From contig JAVJWO010000071.1 of the NCBI GenBank assembly GCA_040222015.1, positions 1 through 64,000 on the forward strand: 64,000 bases of DNA. The letters run 5' to 3'. This stretch comes from Coleofasciculus chthonoplastes F2-STO-03. GTDB taxonomy: Bacteria; Cyanobacteriota; Cyanobacteriia; Cyanobacteriales; Coleofasciculaceae. Below the pieces are notes generated by a model. That model saw nothing but the letters and a program-made list of their open reading frames with translations, was not told where the DNA came from and ran no database searches. The first letter of the stretch is position 1. Each line of letters opens with the position of its first letter. Of this stretch, positions 31,630 to 41,723 are shown one piece after another. Position numbers and translations under genes: made by a program.

Positions 31630-31703
31630 TGTCTAATTAAAGCCCTTCATTTTTACCCCCTGTATCTAAACCCGTAATTTCGCCAAATTAGCTTTTGGTT
31701 CCT

Positions 31704-31797
31704 TAGGACTTACGCTTTTTTGACGGCACAGGCGCTACCTGTAGGGGCTCTTCTTTGCCGTGCCCCTACCATAAATGGCGTTTGTGCGTAAGTCCTG
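31704..31797. mobile_element. 94-bp MITE in the 3' end of the terpene synthase gene
   Basis: TIR aggacttacgc/gcgtaagtcct; 5-bp direct repeat TTCCT at 31699-31703 and 31798-31802; internal sequence recurs at ~59648-59700. Confidence 0.85.
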
Positions 31798-34447
31798 TTC
31801 CTAACAATGAGCTAATCTGCATCACTGACGTGCCTAATCCCACCGGAAGACTGGGTAAAGTCTCCGCCACTGGCTCCGCCTCGGTTTCTGGCTCGGGAGT
31901 ATCCGCTAAACTGGCTGCAATCTGCATCGCTGACGTGCCTAATCCCACCGGAAGACTAGGTAAAGTTTCTGCCTCTGGCTCCGCTTCGGTTTCTGGCTGG
32001 GGAGTCTCCGCTAAACTGGCGGCAATCTGCATCGCTGACGTGCCTAACCCTGTGGGAAGACTAGGTAAACTCTCCGCCACTGGCTCCGCTTCGGTTTCTG
32101 GCTGGGGAGTCTCGGCTAAGCTGGCGGCAATCTGCATCGCTGATGTACCTAACCCTGTCGGACTATTCAGGAAATTATGCACTATCGGCTGAGCATCGGG
32201 TTCAGTTTTTGGCTCACCGACTGAACTCGAGCTAAGCCGGGTAGCCGAAGTACCTAGCCCCGTTAGCGCACCAAACGGTTGTCCTTTAACTGCAGAGAGA
32301 CCTTGCGGCGCGGTGTTGATATAGCGGTTCGAGTTATAGTGCCACTCGTAGCAGCCAGCTATCCAGACCTGCAACCCATCAATGTAGTCATACACTTGCT
32401 TACGGGCATCGGCATCTAGTCCCAGTTCTTCCAGCAAAGCGGGTATTTCAGTGTCCACGATGTACTCAAACTGCTTCAGGCGAGCTGTGATCAGTCGCAC
32501 AAGCGTGTTCACTGTCTCCTGCACATCAACGCCGAGGAATCGCTGCGCTACCACCACGGCGTGGTTGATTTCCCTTTCATACTCAACTCTCCGTGGATAG
32601 GCTACCACATCGTTGTGCGTGTTAGTCACATCCCCAAACGCCTTGTCCAGTGCAACCATCTGTGGTCCTAAGTAGATCTCTGATGGACGTTCAATGTCAA
32701 TAGCAAATATGACAAGGATAATGGAGATACGAGTGAACGCTGTACTTAACCTCATCTCAATGTAATCCACCGGATCAGCCGTTCGGTTTAAGGTTAAGTT
32801 GGTGATCTCCCAGATATGGCTGTCAATGTAGTCCTGCACAGAGACCGCTAGATCATGCTGCATCTCTGTAGACATGGCGCTGGTGGATCGCTCCCACAGA
32901 TCAGCCAAAGACCACTCCACTTGGTTGGTTGGGATCAACGTTACAGAGTGATCTATCGGCATGAACTCCTTTAGCCGGGACAGGAAGATCTTGGCACCAA
33001 ACAGATCCCGACGGCGCTTGAACACCTCCAAGAAATAGTCTTTCATGTACCACCCCCAGACGTGCCAGTCATTGATCAGCTCTAGCTTAGGCAGCGATGC
33101 ATCAGGGGTGGTCAGGGCTGTGAACAAGGCGAATTCGGCGGAATCCCACTTGTCTTCATTCCAATTTCCCCACTTGCCGCGCAGATCCGGGAGCGACCCC
33201 AAGAACCCCATTTCCCTTGCCCATTCTTTAGCATGTTTGCGTACTGCGTCCACGAGTGGACTCATGCGAACAGAGAACGGCATGTAGAACTCGGGTAGAT
33301 CAAACGGCTCTGGTTCAAGGGGGACAGACATGAAGCTTCGTAGCCGCAGCCCTATCATCGAGGGCGATAAGCCAATACGCGCCGCCGCCGTACCTAAGCC
33401 TTTAGGTCCTCCAAGTGGCGACTCTGTCTTGGATTCAGCGGGTAGGTATCGACCTCCAGGTCGGATCTCCCACTCCAGATCTCCAGCCATCCAATCCCGG
33501 AGCGCCTTCACATAAGACATTACTCGCTGACGGGCTGCACCATCCACTATGTACTCATTCAACATTGGTTCAAGTTCCACAGTCATGGTGTACTCGAACT
33601 GGTTCAGTCGCGAGTTGACAATATCATTGACGAAGTTCACAGCTTTCTGTAAATCAGTTTCCAGAAAGTGTTCCGTCACCACTACACAGTTATTGACCTT
33701 GCCTTCGTCGATGTCCTTCTGGTAGGAAATGATGTCGTTGCGTAGACCGACGCTATCCGCGTAGGACTCATTGAGTACCTGGATCGGTCGCGTGTCATAG
33801 ATCTCTGGTGGGATCTCAACCGTTAGGGAGTGTTCGACCAAGTCTGCCGACCAAAACACCCCGCCTATCTGACGGCGCAGCGTGATGTATTCGACTGGAT
33901 CGAGTATCCGTTCCTGGTTATTGCCCGTGTTGAACAGTTCTCGTAGGTTGGCTTCTGCCATGACTCGGATGTGTTCAACAAACCGCTGTCGCCACTGCAC
34001 TGACATAGTTGGCGCGGTACGAGGCCACAGATCCGCTAGGGCGTATTCAGTCGGGTTCTGGGACTCCGGTATAGGAGTGGCTAGATCGGTCGGCATAAAA
34101 GACAGCAGTCGAGTCAGATACGCCTTCGCCTCTTTTATATCTGAACTTCCACCCTCGAATGCTCGCGGAAAGTAGTCATCGACAAACCACCCCCAAACAT
34201 ACCAATCGCTGAGTAAGTCCAACTCCAATGCGGGTGCATCTGGGTGAGTGGCGGCAGCAAAGCCGGCGAAATCCATCGCATCAAAGGTTTCTTCATCCCA
34301 TACAGCATCCTCATCCGATTCCAGGATGCCCATCCGATACGCCCACTCCTTGCAGTGTATGCGTGCCCCCTGTACATTGGGGTTCACACGCGCGGGCCAA
34401 GGCATGTAAAAATCAGGTAATTTAAAGGGTGGCTGGCTTGATGTCAT
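31766..34447 (-). CDS. Geosmin-synthase-like didomain class I terpene cyclase with repetitive C-terminal tail
   Basis: Two F.LP.FYMP-initiated cyclase domains; DDYFP/NDIISYQKD and KDYFLE/NDVVAYPRR; RY motifs; likely start MTSSQPP at 34447 (ORF is open from 34522). Confidence 0.88.
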   Translation of the reverse strand: MTSSQPPFKLPDFYMPWPARVNPNVQGARIHCKEWAYRMGILESDEDAVWDEETFDAMDFAGFAAATHPDAPALELDLLSDWYVWGWFVDDYFPRAFEGGSSDIKEAKAYLTRLLSFMPTDLATPIPESQNPTEYALADLWPRTAPTMSVQWRQRFVEHIRVMAEANLRELFNTGNNQERILDPVEYITLRRQIGGVFWSADLVEHSLTVEIPPEIYDTRPIQVLNESYADSVGLRNDIISYQKDIDEGKVNNCVVVTEHFLETDLQKAVNFVNDIVNSRLNQFEYTMTVELEPMLNEYIVDGAARQRVMSYVKALRDWMAGDLEWEIRPGGRYLPAESKTESPLGGPKGLGTAAARIGLSPSMIGLRLRSFMSVPLEPEPFDLPEFYMPFSVRMSPLVDAVRKHAKEWAREMGFLGSLPDLRGKWGNWNEDKWDSAEFALFTALTTPDASLPKLELINDWHVWGWYMKDYFLEVFKRRRDLFGAKIFLSRLKEFMPIDHSVTLIPTNQVEWSLADLWERSTSAMSTEMQHDLAVSVQDYIDSHIWEITNLTLNRTADPVDYIEMRLSTAFTRISIILVIFAIDIERPSEIYLGPQMVALDKAFGDVTNTHNDVVAYPRRVEYEREINHAVVVAQRFLGVDVQETVNTLVRLITARLKQFEYIVDTEIPALLEELGLDADARKQVYDYIDGLQVWIAGCYEWHYNSNRYINTAPQGLSAVKGQPFGALTGLGTSATRLSSSSVGEPKTEPDAQPIVHNFLNSPTGLGTSAMQIAASLAETPQPETEAEPVAESLPSLPTGLGTSAMQIAASLAETPQPETEAEPEAETLPSLPVGLGTSAMQIAASLADTPEPETEAEPVAETLPSLPVGLGTSVMQISSLLGTGLTHKRHLW
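31803..32266 (-). repeat. 105-nt (35-aa) coding tandem repeat with five GLGTS motifs
   Basis: PTGLGTSAMQIAASLAETPQPETEAEPVAESLPSL-type units at exact 105-nt spacing. Confidence 0.95.
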
Positions 34448-35012
34448 TGTTCGCTTAAACTTAATTTCAGAAAATTGTCTAGTCTTAGGTCTGGGTGGAA
34501 GTCCGATCAATTGGATAGCCATGATAAACTCGGATATAAGATAGTCGTCTTATACCTTGTCTTCACTAATTCACAACAAACCTGCCGAAACTGCCGATTA
34601 GCACGGTTTCAATTGGTTCACAGCTAGTTAGGCTGGCTTGACTCAAGTAGGCAGTTTTAAAGTAACACTGATTCTTTAAATAAATGATTATGGCATCGCC
34701 CAGTACAACCTTACTAAAGCCCCTCTAATGGCTGATAATGACCATAAAAAACCACCTACTTTTTATCTCATTAGCCAGAGTATCTCAAATCATTGAGTCT
34801 AATTTTTTTTGTCATAAAACTTAACAGGTTGGGCAACGTGGTTCAGCCGTGGCGTTTTGACGTTAAAACATGGTTAATTTTCTCCAAGCCCATTGCCCTT
34901 TTGTGATTAATTGAACAGACCCTGGGGGAACAGGTAAAGGTTTGGTAACTAAACCCCTACTCGGATACAATGAAGGGCTGTAGAGAAAACGGTTTCAGGA
35001 GAAAAAACGTAA

Positions 35013-35744
35013 GTGCTAACCCTTGGCGTCAACATTGACCACATTGCCACAATTCGACAGGCGCGACGCACTGTGGAACCCGATCCCGTGGCGGCGGCGG
35101 TGTTAGCCGAATTAGCGGGTGCAGATGGGATTACTGCCCACCTGCGGGAAGATCGACGCCATATCCAAGATCGAGATATCCGACTCTTGCGTCAGACGGT
35201 GCGAACTCACTTAAATATGGAAATGGCGCCAACTGAAGAAATGATTGCGATCGCACTCGATATTAAACCAGACTATATTACCCTAGTTCCAGAACGGCGG
35301 GAGGAAGTCACAACGGAGGGAGGATTGGATATTGCGGGTCAAAAATCCCGTCTCGGTGAAGTCGTCGCGCAGTTGCAAGATGCGGGGATTCCCGTTAGTC
35401 TATTTATCGATGCTGATCCTGCCCAGATCGAAGCATCGGCGGCAATTAACGCCAAGTTTATTGAACTGCATACGGGATCTTATGCCGAAGCCAAAGACGA
35501 AGCCAGTCGCCAAACGCAACTGGATTTGTTAGCCAAAGGATGCCAAGACGCGATCGCGGCTGGGTTGCGGGTGAATGCAGGTCATGGTTTAACCTATTGG
35601 AATGTCTATCCCGTGGCTTGTTTAGAAGGCATGGAAGAACTTAATATTGGTCATAGCATTATCGCACGAGCCTCGCTCGTTGGATTAGAACGAGCCGTGC
35701 GGGAAATGAAGCAAGCCATGCTGAGAAAAGATGAAGGGAGTTAA
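35013..35744 (+). CDS. pdxJ: Pyridoxine 5'-phosphate synthase
   Basis: [40 protein letters not shown]. Confidence 0.97.
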   Translation: MLTLGVNIDHIATIRQARRTVEPDPVAAAVLAELAGADGITAHLREDRRHIQDRDIRLLRQTVRTHLNMEMAPTEEMIAIALDIKPDYITLVPERREEVTTEGGLDIAGQKSRLGEVVAQLQDAGIPVSLFIDADPAQIEASAAINAKFIELHTGSYAEAKDEASRQTQLDLLAKGCQDAIAAGLRVNAGHGLTYWNVYPVACLEGMEELNIGHSIIARASLVGLERAVREMKQAMLRKDEGS

Positions 35745-35781
35745 GTCAAAAATGTTCCATACATACTATGGCACGTCTGTC

Positions 35782-36022
35782 AATTGTAGGGGCGGGTTTA
35801 GCCATAATTGTAGGAGCGGGTTTAGCCATAATTGTAGGGGCGGGTTTAGGGAATCAATTCAGCTAGTCACCGATAAATTAACAACAAAACCCGCCCTGAC
35901 TAACGTTAAATTAACAACGAAACCCGCCCTCCCCACCAATAAATGAACTAACTCAATTGATCGGGGCGGGTTTAGTCAAATCTAGGTCACAAAGAGAGGA
36001 TAGTCGTGAAACCCGCCCCTAC
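35782..36022. repeat. Cluster of REP-like elements including a 3 x 24-nt tandem
   Basis: aattgtaggggcgggtttagccat repeated, followed by aaacccgccct arms. Confidence 0.8.
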
Positions 36023-36072
36023 ACACTCAAAATGTTCCCAATCACCTGTTCACCAATCACCCAATTAAAACC

Positions 36073-36402
36073 ATGCAAACCTATTACTATCTAGTCGCCA
36101 GTCAACGCTTCTTACTTGAAGAAGAACCCTTTGAAGAAGTTCTCAGAGAACGCACCAAAGACTACCAGGATAAGGGAAAAGAGATAGACTTTTGGCTGGT
36201 CAAACAACCCGCATTTTTAGAAGCTCCAGAAATGGCGCAAGTCAAGCAAGACTGCCCTCAACCTACTGCCGCTATTATTTCAACCAACCCTAAATTTATT
36301 ACCTGGTTAAAGCTGCGCTTAGAATTCGTCAAAACTGGAGAATTTCAGGCTCCATCGGATACAATTCCTGACCCGATCGCGTCCTTAGCCTCTGTATCAT
36401 AA
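36073..36402 (+). CDS. ycf54: Ycf54 (MgPME cyclase complex protein)
   Basis: YYYLVASQRFLLEEEPFEEVLRER, FITWLKLRLEFV. Confidence 0.92.
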   Translation: MQTYYYLVASQRFLLEEEPFEEVLRERTKDYQDKGKEIDFWLVKQPAFLEAPEMAQVKQDCPQPTAAIISTNPKFITWLKLRLEFVKTGEFQAPSDTIPDPIASLASVS

Positions 36403-36427
36403 ACGAGGCTGCCAGTCAACCCCACCC

Positions 36428-36889
36428 CTAAAAACAATAAGCTGGGGCAGCTAACCAAGAAATGAGTACCCCTAAGATTGAACCCACAATCACTTGAAAC
36501 GGGGTATGCCCCAGCAACTCTTTCAGGCGATCCTCATTAAACTCCTTGCCTTCTTGAAATAACTCATCAATAATTTGATTGAGGATACGAGCTTGCTTAC
36601 CTGCGGCTTGTCGAACGCCTGCGGCATCGTACATAACAATGATCGCAAAAATAGTCGCGATCGCAAAATCAGGAGACGCCCATCCCATCGTTTGTCCCAC
36701 ACCCGCAGCCAAGGCGGTAACCAAGGCTGAATGAGCACTAGGCATCCCGCCAGTCGTCACCAGAGTGCGGAGATTAAATTTCCGATCCTTCGTTAACTCG
36801 ACCAGTAGCTTCAGGAGTTGAGCCACTAAACAAGCAATCAGCGCAACCATCAGTACCTGGTTGTTTAGGATATTGCCAAAATCCTGCAT
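36428..36889 (-). CDS. Divergent PAP2 family protein (DUF212)
   Basis: GGMPSAHSA, VMYDAAGVR, LKELLGHTP. Confidence 0.92.
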   Translation of the reverse strand: MQDFGNILNNQVLMVALIACLVAQLLKLLVELTKDRKFNLRTLVTTGGMPSAHSALVTALAAGVGQTMGWASPDFAIATIFAIIVMYDAAGVRQAAGKQARILNQIIDELFQEGKEFNEDRLKELLGHTPFQVIVGSILGVLISWLAAPAYCF

Positions 36890-37012
36890 CGTGTTTCAGT
36901 TAAAATTTCTTGTTGATCAACGGATGTTTGAGCAGTCACAAATCAAAGGAGTTGCTCTTGAAATCGCTGTTCCCTGTTCCCCGTTCCCTGTTCCCTATTC
37001 CCTGACAAACAC

Positions 37013-37942
37013 CTAATACGTCCGTGAGGTAATGAAATCAGCCAGAGCAATTAAAGGTTGAGAACGCTCACCAAACGGTTCCAGTTGGGCAATAGCCTCT
37101 TCAATCAACTCTTGAGCTTTAGCTTTAGAAGCCTCAAGTCCCCAGAGGCTAGGATAGGTTGCTTTCTGCGCTTGCAAATCTTTCCCCGCCGTTTTGCCTA
37201 ATTCCTCCTGAGTTGCGGTGATGTCCAGGATATCATCAATAATTTGAAACGCTAAGCCAATATTTTGAGCATAGCGAGACAGGCGTTCTATATCCGCATC
37301 GGTTGCACCTGCTAAAATTCCACCACAGACAACACAGCTTTCCAGCAACGCTCCGGTTTTATGGGTATGAATGTAATGAAGGGTTTCCGCTTGAATATCA
37401 GATTTTCCCTCACATTCCAAGTCAACCACCTGACCCCCAACCAATCCAGCCGCGCTCAACGTCCAACCTAGACGAGCAATCACTCGCAACACCCGCTCGG
37501 CAGGAACTCCCTGAGTTTGGGTGGCGACATATTCAAACGAATAGGCTAGCAAACCGTCACCCGCCAGAATCGCCATATCCTCACCGTAGACCTTATGATT
37601 GGTGAGTTTACCCCGACGGTAGTCGTCGTTATCCATGGCAGGGAGATCATCATGAATTAACGACATCGTGTGGAGCATTTCCAAAGCGCAGGCGGTTGGC
37701 ATTGCCATCTCAATCGTGCCACCCATCAGTTCACAGGTTGCCAGACAAAGAATCGGGCGCAACCGTTTCCCCCCCGCTAAGAGAGAATAGCGCATTGCCT
37801 CATAAATCTTTTCCGGATAACCTAGGGGTAAAGAACGGTCTAAAGCTGCCTCCACTTGAGCTTTCCGCTCTTTTAGATAGGTCGATAAATCAAAAGCTGG
37901 GGATTCCCCATTCGGGGCAGGTCGCCCATCTGTTGCTACCAT
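37013..37942 (-). CDS. crtE: Geranylgeranyl diphosphate synthase
   Basis: [29 protein letters not shown]. Confidence 0.95.
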   Translation of the reverse strand: MVATDGRPAPNGESPAFDLSTYLKERKAQVEAALDRSLPLGYPEKIYEAMRYSLLAGGKRLRPILCLATCELMGGTIEMAMPTACALEMLHTMSLIHDDLPAMDNDDYRRGKLTNHKVYGEDMAILAGDGLLAYSFEYVATQTQGVPAERVLRVIARLGWTLSAAGLVGGQVVDLECEGKSDIQAETLHYIHTHKTGALLESCVVCGGILAGATDADIERLSRYAQNIGLAFQIIDDILDITATQEELGKTAGKDLQAQKATYPSLWGLEASKAKAQELIEEAIAQLEPFGERSQPLIALADFITSRTY

Positions 37943-38001
37943 GCCATTATTCCTTAAATCGTCTGTTCTACTGTCTTAACAATTCTACGAGCCTAGGGGC
38001 G

Positions 38002-38937
38002 TTATGAGTGAGTTCTGGTATAACTGAAAACAGTATTTTGCAATAACATTGTCACCGTCATCGGACCAACGCCACCAGGAACCGGAGTGATAAATTGGCT
38101 CATCTCCCGAACGGCATCAAAATCTACATCACCCACCAACCGGGATTTTCCTTGAGTATCAGTGACGCGATTTATACCCACATCAATCACAATGGCATTC
38201 GGTTTCACTTGATCCGCCGTAATTAGATTAGGACGTCCGACAGCAGCAATCAAGATATCCGCCTGACGAGTCAGTTCAGCCAAATTTTTCGTGCGCGAAT
38301 GAGCAATAGTAACAGTAGCATCAGCTTCCAGTAACATGAGTGCGATGGGCTTACCGACCAAAATACTCCGCCCAACCACAACCGCATTTTTCCCTTTCAA
38401 ATCAATCCGGTACTCCCGCAACAGACGCATCACTCCGGCTGGGGTACAACTTTGCAACCCCCTTTCACCGCGCAGCAGACGCCCTAGATTCAGGGGATGC
38501 AATCCATCGACATCTTTATCCGGATCAATTTGATGCAGTAAATAAACCGCATTTAGGTGTGCAGGTACGGGGAGTTGTAACAGAATACCATCCACGTTTG
38601 GGTCTTGGTTGAGACGGTCAATGGTTTGCTCGATTTCAGATTGAGAGACATCAGCCGGAAAATGTTGCCCAAAGGAGGCAATCCCAACTTTGGTACAGGC
38701 ACGTTCTTTATTCCGCACGTAGGCGGCGCTAGCTGGGTGATCACCCACCATTAGTACGGCTAATCCAGGCGGGCGTCGAAATGTTGATTTGAGTCGTTCT
38801 ACTTCCGCTTTCAGTTGATCTTGAATGCGTTGAGCTAGGGCTTTGCCATCCAGTAACTGAGGGTAAACAGATTTCATAGGCAGGGTGAGAGATATCATCA
38901 GGACTTTGATTATTTTACGGGCAGTGGTGTCATTCAC
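38002..38937 (-). CDS. folD: Methylenetetrahydrofolate dehydrogenase/cyclohydrolase (true start probably ~38877)
   Basis: [30 protein letters not shown]. Confidence 0.96.
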   Translation of the reverse strand: MNDTTARKIIKVLMISLTLPMKSVYPQLLDGKALAQRIQDQLKAEVERLKSTFRRPPGLAVLMVGDHPASAAYVRNKERACTKVGIASFGQHFPADVSQSEIEQTIDRLNQDPNVDGILLQLPVPAHLNAVYLLHQIDPDKDVDGLHPLNLGRLLRGERGLQSCTPAGVMRLLREYRIDLKGKNAVVVGRSILVGKPIALMLLEADATVTIAHSRTKNLAELTRQADILIAAVGRPNLITADQVKPNAIVIDVGINRVTDTQGKSRLVGDVDFDAVREMSQFITPVPGGVGPMTVTMLLQNTVFSYTRTHS

Positions 38938-39067
38938 CAGTATTCATATATCTAAGCTATAACCAGGATGTACATCGTTTAGCGTGGGAACAGTCATGGT
39001 AATGTCTGCTCAAAACGACCATCGCTCACGCCTTTGCTCGTCAATTCTAAACTGCCAAAGGTCAACT

Positions 39068-39451
39068 ATGTTTTATCTCCTGCCAATGTGCGCTTTACTA
39101 TTTGGGGGAGGACTGGTGAGTTGTAGCAATGTCCCTCTGCTGGGTACTCCGAATGGTACGGGTAGCGCTTACACTGTAGATGTTACGGCGATTCGTGAGA
39201 TCCAATCTGCTCAGACTTCCCCACAAGTGGTTTATCTTCAAGGTCAAGTTATAAGCCAAGCCCCCTTTTTGAACTCCGGGGCTTATCAACTTGAGGACAC
39301 CACGGGCAAAATTTGGGTTGTGAGTAATCAAGAACTGCCCAAGGTGGGAGATCGGGTTGTAATTCGGGGACAGGTACAATTCCAAAGTATTCCGATTAGT
39401 GGACAGGAAATGGGTGAAGTTTATCTCCAGGAAACAGAAAAGATTGAATGA
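39068..39451 (+). CDS. Putative OB-fold lipoprotein
   Basis: LVSC lipobox; V.LQG.V, YQLED.TGKIWV. Confidence 0.65.
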   Translation: MFYLLPMCALLFGGGLVSCSNVPLLGTPNGTGSAYTVDVTAIREIQSAQTSPQVVYLQGQVISQAPFLNSGAYQLEDTTGKIWVVSNQELPKVGDRVVIRGQVQFQSIPISGQEMGEVYLQETEKIE

Positions 39452-39482
39452 TTTGTATTATGTAATTTGTTAGTGGATAAGA

Positions 39483-39920
39483 ATGAAGAGTCAATCCATT
39501 GAAGTCGCGATCGCGATTCTCTACCGTTCGGGACGGTTCCTGATGCAGCTTAGGAACGATATCCCTGGTATTCTTTATCCAGGGTGCTGGGGGTTCTTTG
39601 GCGGTCATATTGAACCCGGAGAAACGCCAGAGGTGGCGATGCGGCGAGAATTACTCGAAGAGATTTCCTATTCTCCCCCCCAATTTGCCAAGTTTGATTG
39701 CTATAGTGATGCCCAGGTTATTCGTCATATATTCCATGCGCCTTTAACGGTGGAATTGGATCAATTGGTATTACAAGAAGGCTGGGATCTGGGTTTATTG
39801 ACGCCTGAAGACATTAAGGCGGGTCAGGCTTATTCAGAAATAGCGGGTCAGGTGCGTCCTTTGGGGCAACCTCACCAGACCATTTTATTAGATTTTTTGG
39901 CAAGGAAACCTTACCCATGA
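39483..39920 (+). CDS. NUDIX hydrolase
   Basis: GGHIEPGETPEVAMRRELLEEI Nudix box. Confidence 0.92.
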   Translation: MKSQSIEVAIAILYRSGRFLMQLRNDIPGILYPGCWGFFGGHIEPGETPEVAMRRELLEEISYSPPQFAKFDCYSDAQVIRHIFHAPLTVELDQLVLQEGWDLGLLTPEDIKAGQAYSEIAGQVRPLGQPHQTILLDFLARKPYP

Positions 39921-40801
39921 ATCTGACGCGCCTACGATTGTCTCATCTTTTCCGTTTTAGCCGATACGCCAGCCTTTCGATGAAACTCATGGCGGTGGGA
40001 GTGGTGATTACCTCTGTTTTTATTCTCATCGCTATTTTCGCCCCTGTTTTTCAAGCATGGGGATGGCTACAAGATCCCACCGCATCCCTGATTAATCCGA
40101 TTCATGAACCTCCCGGTGGTGAACATTGGTTTGGTACGACACACCAAGGTTATGATGTTTTCTCCCGCACCGTATTTGGTTCCCAAGCGGCGTTAAAGGT
40201 GGTGATTCTGGCAACCAGCTTGAGTTTAATTATTGGTGTTCCTTTGGGGTTAATTAGTGGGTATCTCGGCGGTAGATTAGATCGGGTGTTGTTGTTTTTG
40301 ATGGATACGATCTATACCTTGCCCGGATTGCTGTTATCGATTACCTTAGCCTTTGTGGTGGGGCGAGGCGTTTTCAATGCCGCGATCGCACTCAGTATTT
40401 CTTATGTTCCCCAATATTATCGCGTTGTCCGTAACCATACCGCCAGCGTCAAAACGGAATTATTTATCGAAGCCGCGCAAGCTATGGGGGCTTCTCCTAG
40501 GCGGGTTCTCTCCCGTTACCTATTTCTGAATGTGATTCAAAGCGTCCCAGTGTTATTTACCCTCAACGCCGCCGACGCTATTTTAATTTTAGGTGGATTG
40601 GGATTCTTGGGACTGGGATTACCTGAAGAAACCCCAGAATGGGGACATGATTTGCGTCAAGCGCTGAATGCGTTACCCACAGGCATTTGGTGGACGGCTT
40701 TATTTCCCGGTTTAGCGATGACATCAATGGTTGTTGGTTTATCGTTATTGGGAGAAGGATTAACGGAGATTATCAACCCCCGTTGGCGAGAGGAGAGATG
40801 A
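39917..40801 (+). CDS. Peptide ABC transporter permease (DppC/OppC-like)
   Basis: HWFGT...G.DVFSR, EAAQAMGA loop, PEWG. Confidence 0.9.
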   Translation: MNLTRLRLSHLFRFSRYASLSMKLMAVGVVITSVFILIAIFAPVFQAWGWLQDPTASLINPIHEPPGGEHWFGTTHQGYDVFSRTVFGSQAALKVVILATSLSLIIGVPLGLISGYLGGRLDRVLLFLMDTIYTLPGLLLSITLAFVVGRGVFNAAIALSISYVPQYYRVVRNHTASVKTELFIEAAQAMGASPRRVLSRYLFLNVIQSVPVLFTLNAADAILILGGLGFLGLGLPEETPEWGHDLRQALNALPTGIWWTALFPGLAMTSMVVGLSLLGEGLTEIINPRWREER

Positions 40802-41098
40802 GGGAGATGGGGAAGCAATGTAGAGACGTGCCATGGCACGTCTGGAAGTTGGGGGAGATAGGGGAACCAATACCCAATTTAAATGCATGACAGCTTAAGC
40901 TCAACCTTAGTCAGGGCGGGTTTTGCACCAACGTTATCATCAATAGCGAGAAGAAAGTCCCTAAACCCGCCCCTACAAATCAGGTTCCGTAGCGTAGCGA
41001 AGGGTCAAAACTTTCCCAGGAACCGGAAATCATCTCATTCTCGTCGAATAATTAAGACATAACTTTTCCAGGCTGGGAATTCTATCAGCTTTCTTTGT

Positions 41099-41644
41099 AT
41101 GAAATCTATCCAACCCAAGTTTATACGTTTCGCCGTCATTGGCGGGTTACTACTCATTCCTGTTGCTAGTGCAGGGTTTTGGTGGACAAGTTCTGTCGCC
41201 CAACTGCCTAAACCGGAAAATGTATCTCAAGATAGTCCATCCCTCTCTCCGATTCATCCCGATGAACCCGTTGAAGATACTCTAAACGAACGCTTTTCTC
41301 TCTCCAACTCCCTAGAACGAATTCAACAAATTAAGCACGCCCTATCCAGCTTCCAACAGTTAACCGAAACCAGCCAACCCATTTTAGGCGATCGCAAAAT
41401 TGCCGAAATTGGTCATACCGACTGGGAAACGCAGCATCTGGGCTTTCCCAACTGGGTGGGTTCTGTAGAAGGCACGCTGAAAAAACAAGCGTATCAGATC
41501 GCTAAACTCGAATTTGAACTTGCCCAAGAACAATACCAAGATGGCGAAATCTCCCAAGCTGTTTTAGACCAGAAAGAAGCTAGTTACCGCCGCGCCGAAC
41601 AAGACTTCCAAGCTTTTTGGAATTCCTTTACTCCTGCCGATTAA
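41099..41644 (+). CDS. Hypothetical exported protein
   Basis: 181-aa ORF with N-terminal hydrophobic segment and helical C-terminus. Confidence 0.7.
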   Translation: MKSIQPKFIRFAVIGGLLLIPVASAGFWWTSSVAQLPKPENVSQDSPSLSPIHPDEPVEDTLNERFSLSNSLERIQQIKHALSSFQQLTETSQPILGDRKIAEIGHTDWETQHLGFPNWVGSVEGTLKKQAYQIAKLEFELAQEQYQDGEISQAVLDQKEASYRRAEQDFQAFWNSFTPAD

Positions 41645-41723
41645 GATGATTTAAAATGTAGCTCAGTCTTTGTTCCTTATTTTCTAGCCTAGCCAATGAC
41701 AAAGGACAAATGACAAATGACAA

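Larger units (their letters stand above)
30281..31645 (-). mobile_element. Non-autonomous IS607-family element (deleted TnpA serine recombinase plus TnpB)
   Basis: GG at both inferred ends, subterminal TAGACA-like repeats in inverted orientation, YARVSS remnant overlapping the tnpB start. Confidence 0.8.

Noticed and set aside
30281..31645. IS607 element as an IStron
   Set aside because: It is intergenic and has no room for, or sign of, a group I intron core at its left end.
31755..32192. 145-aa repetitive ORF on the + strand
   Set aside because: It is the antisense shadow of the cyclase tail repeat.
35782..35946. 24-nt tandem repeats and the 71-aa ORF as a CRISPR array or gene
   Set aside because: There are no unique spacers; these are tandem REP arms.
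37013..37942. crtE as a dedicated precursor gene for the terpene cyclase 2.5 kb away
   Set aside because: folD-crtE-DUF212 is a conserved cyanobacterial housekeeping block, so the proximity is probably coincidental.
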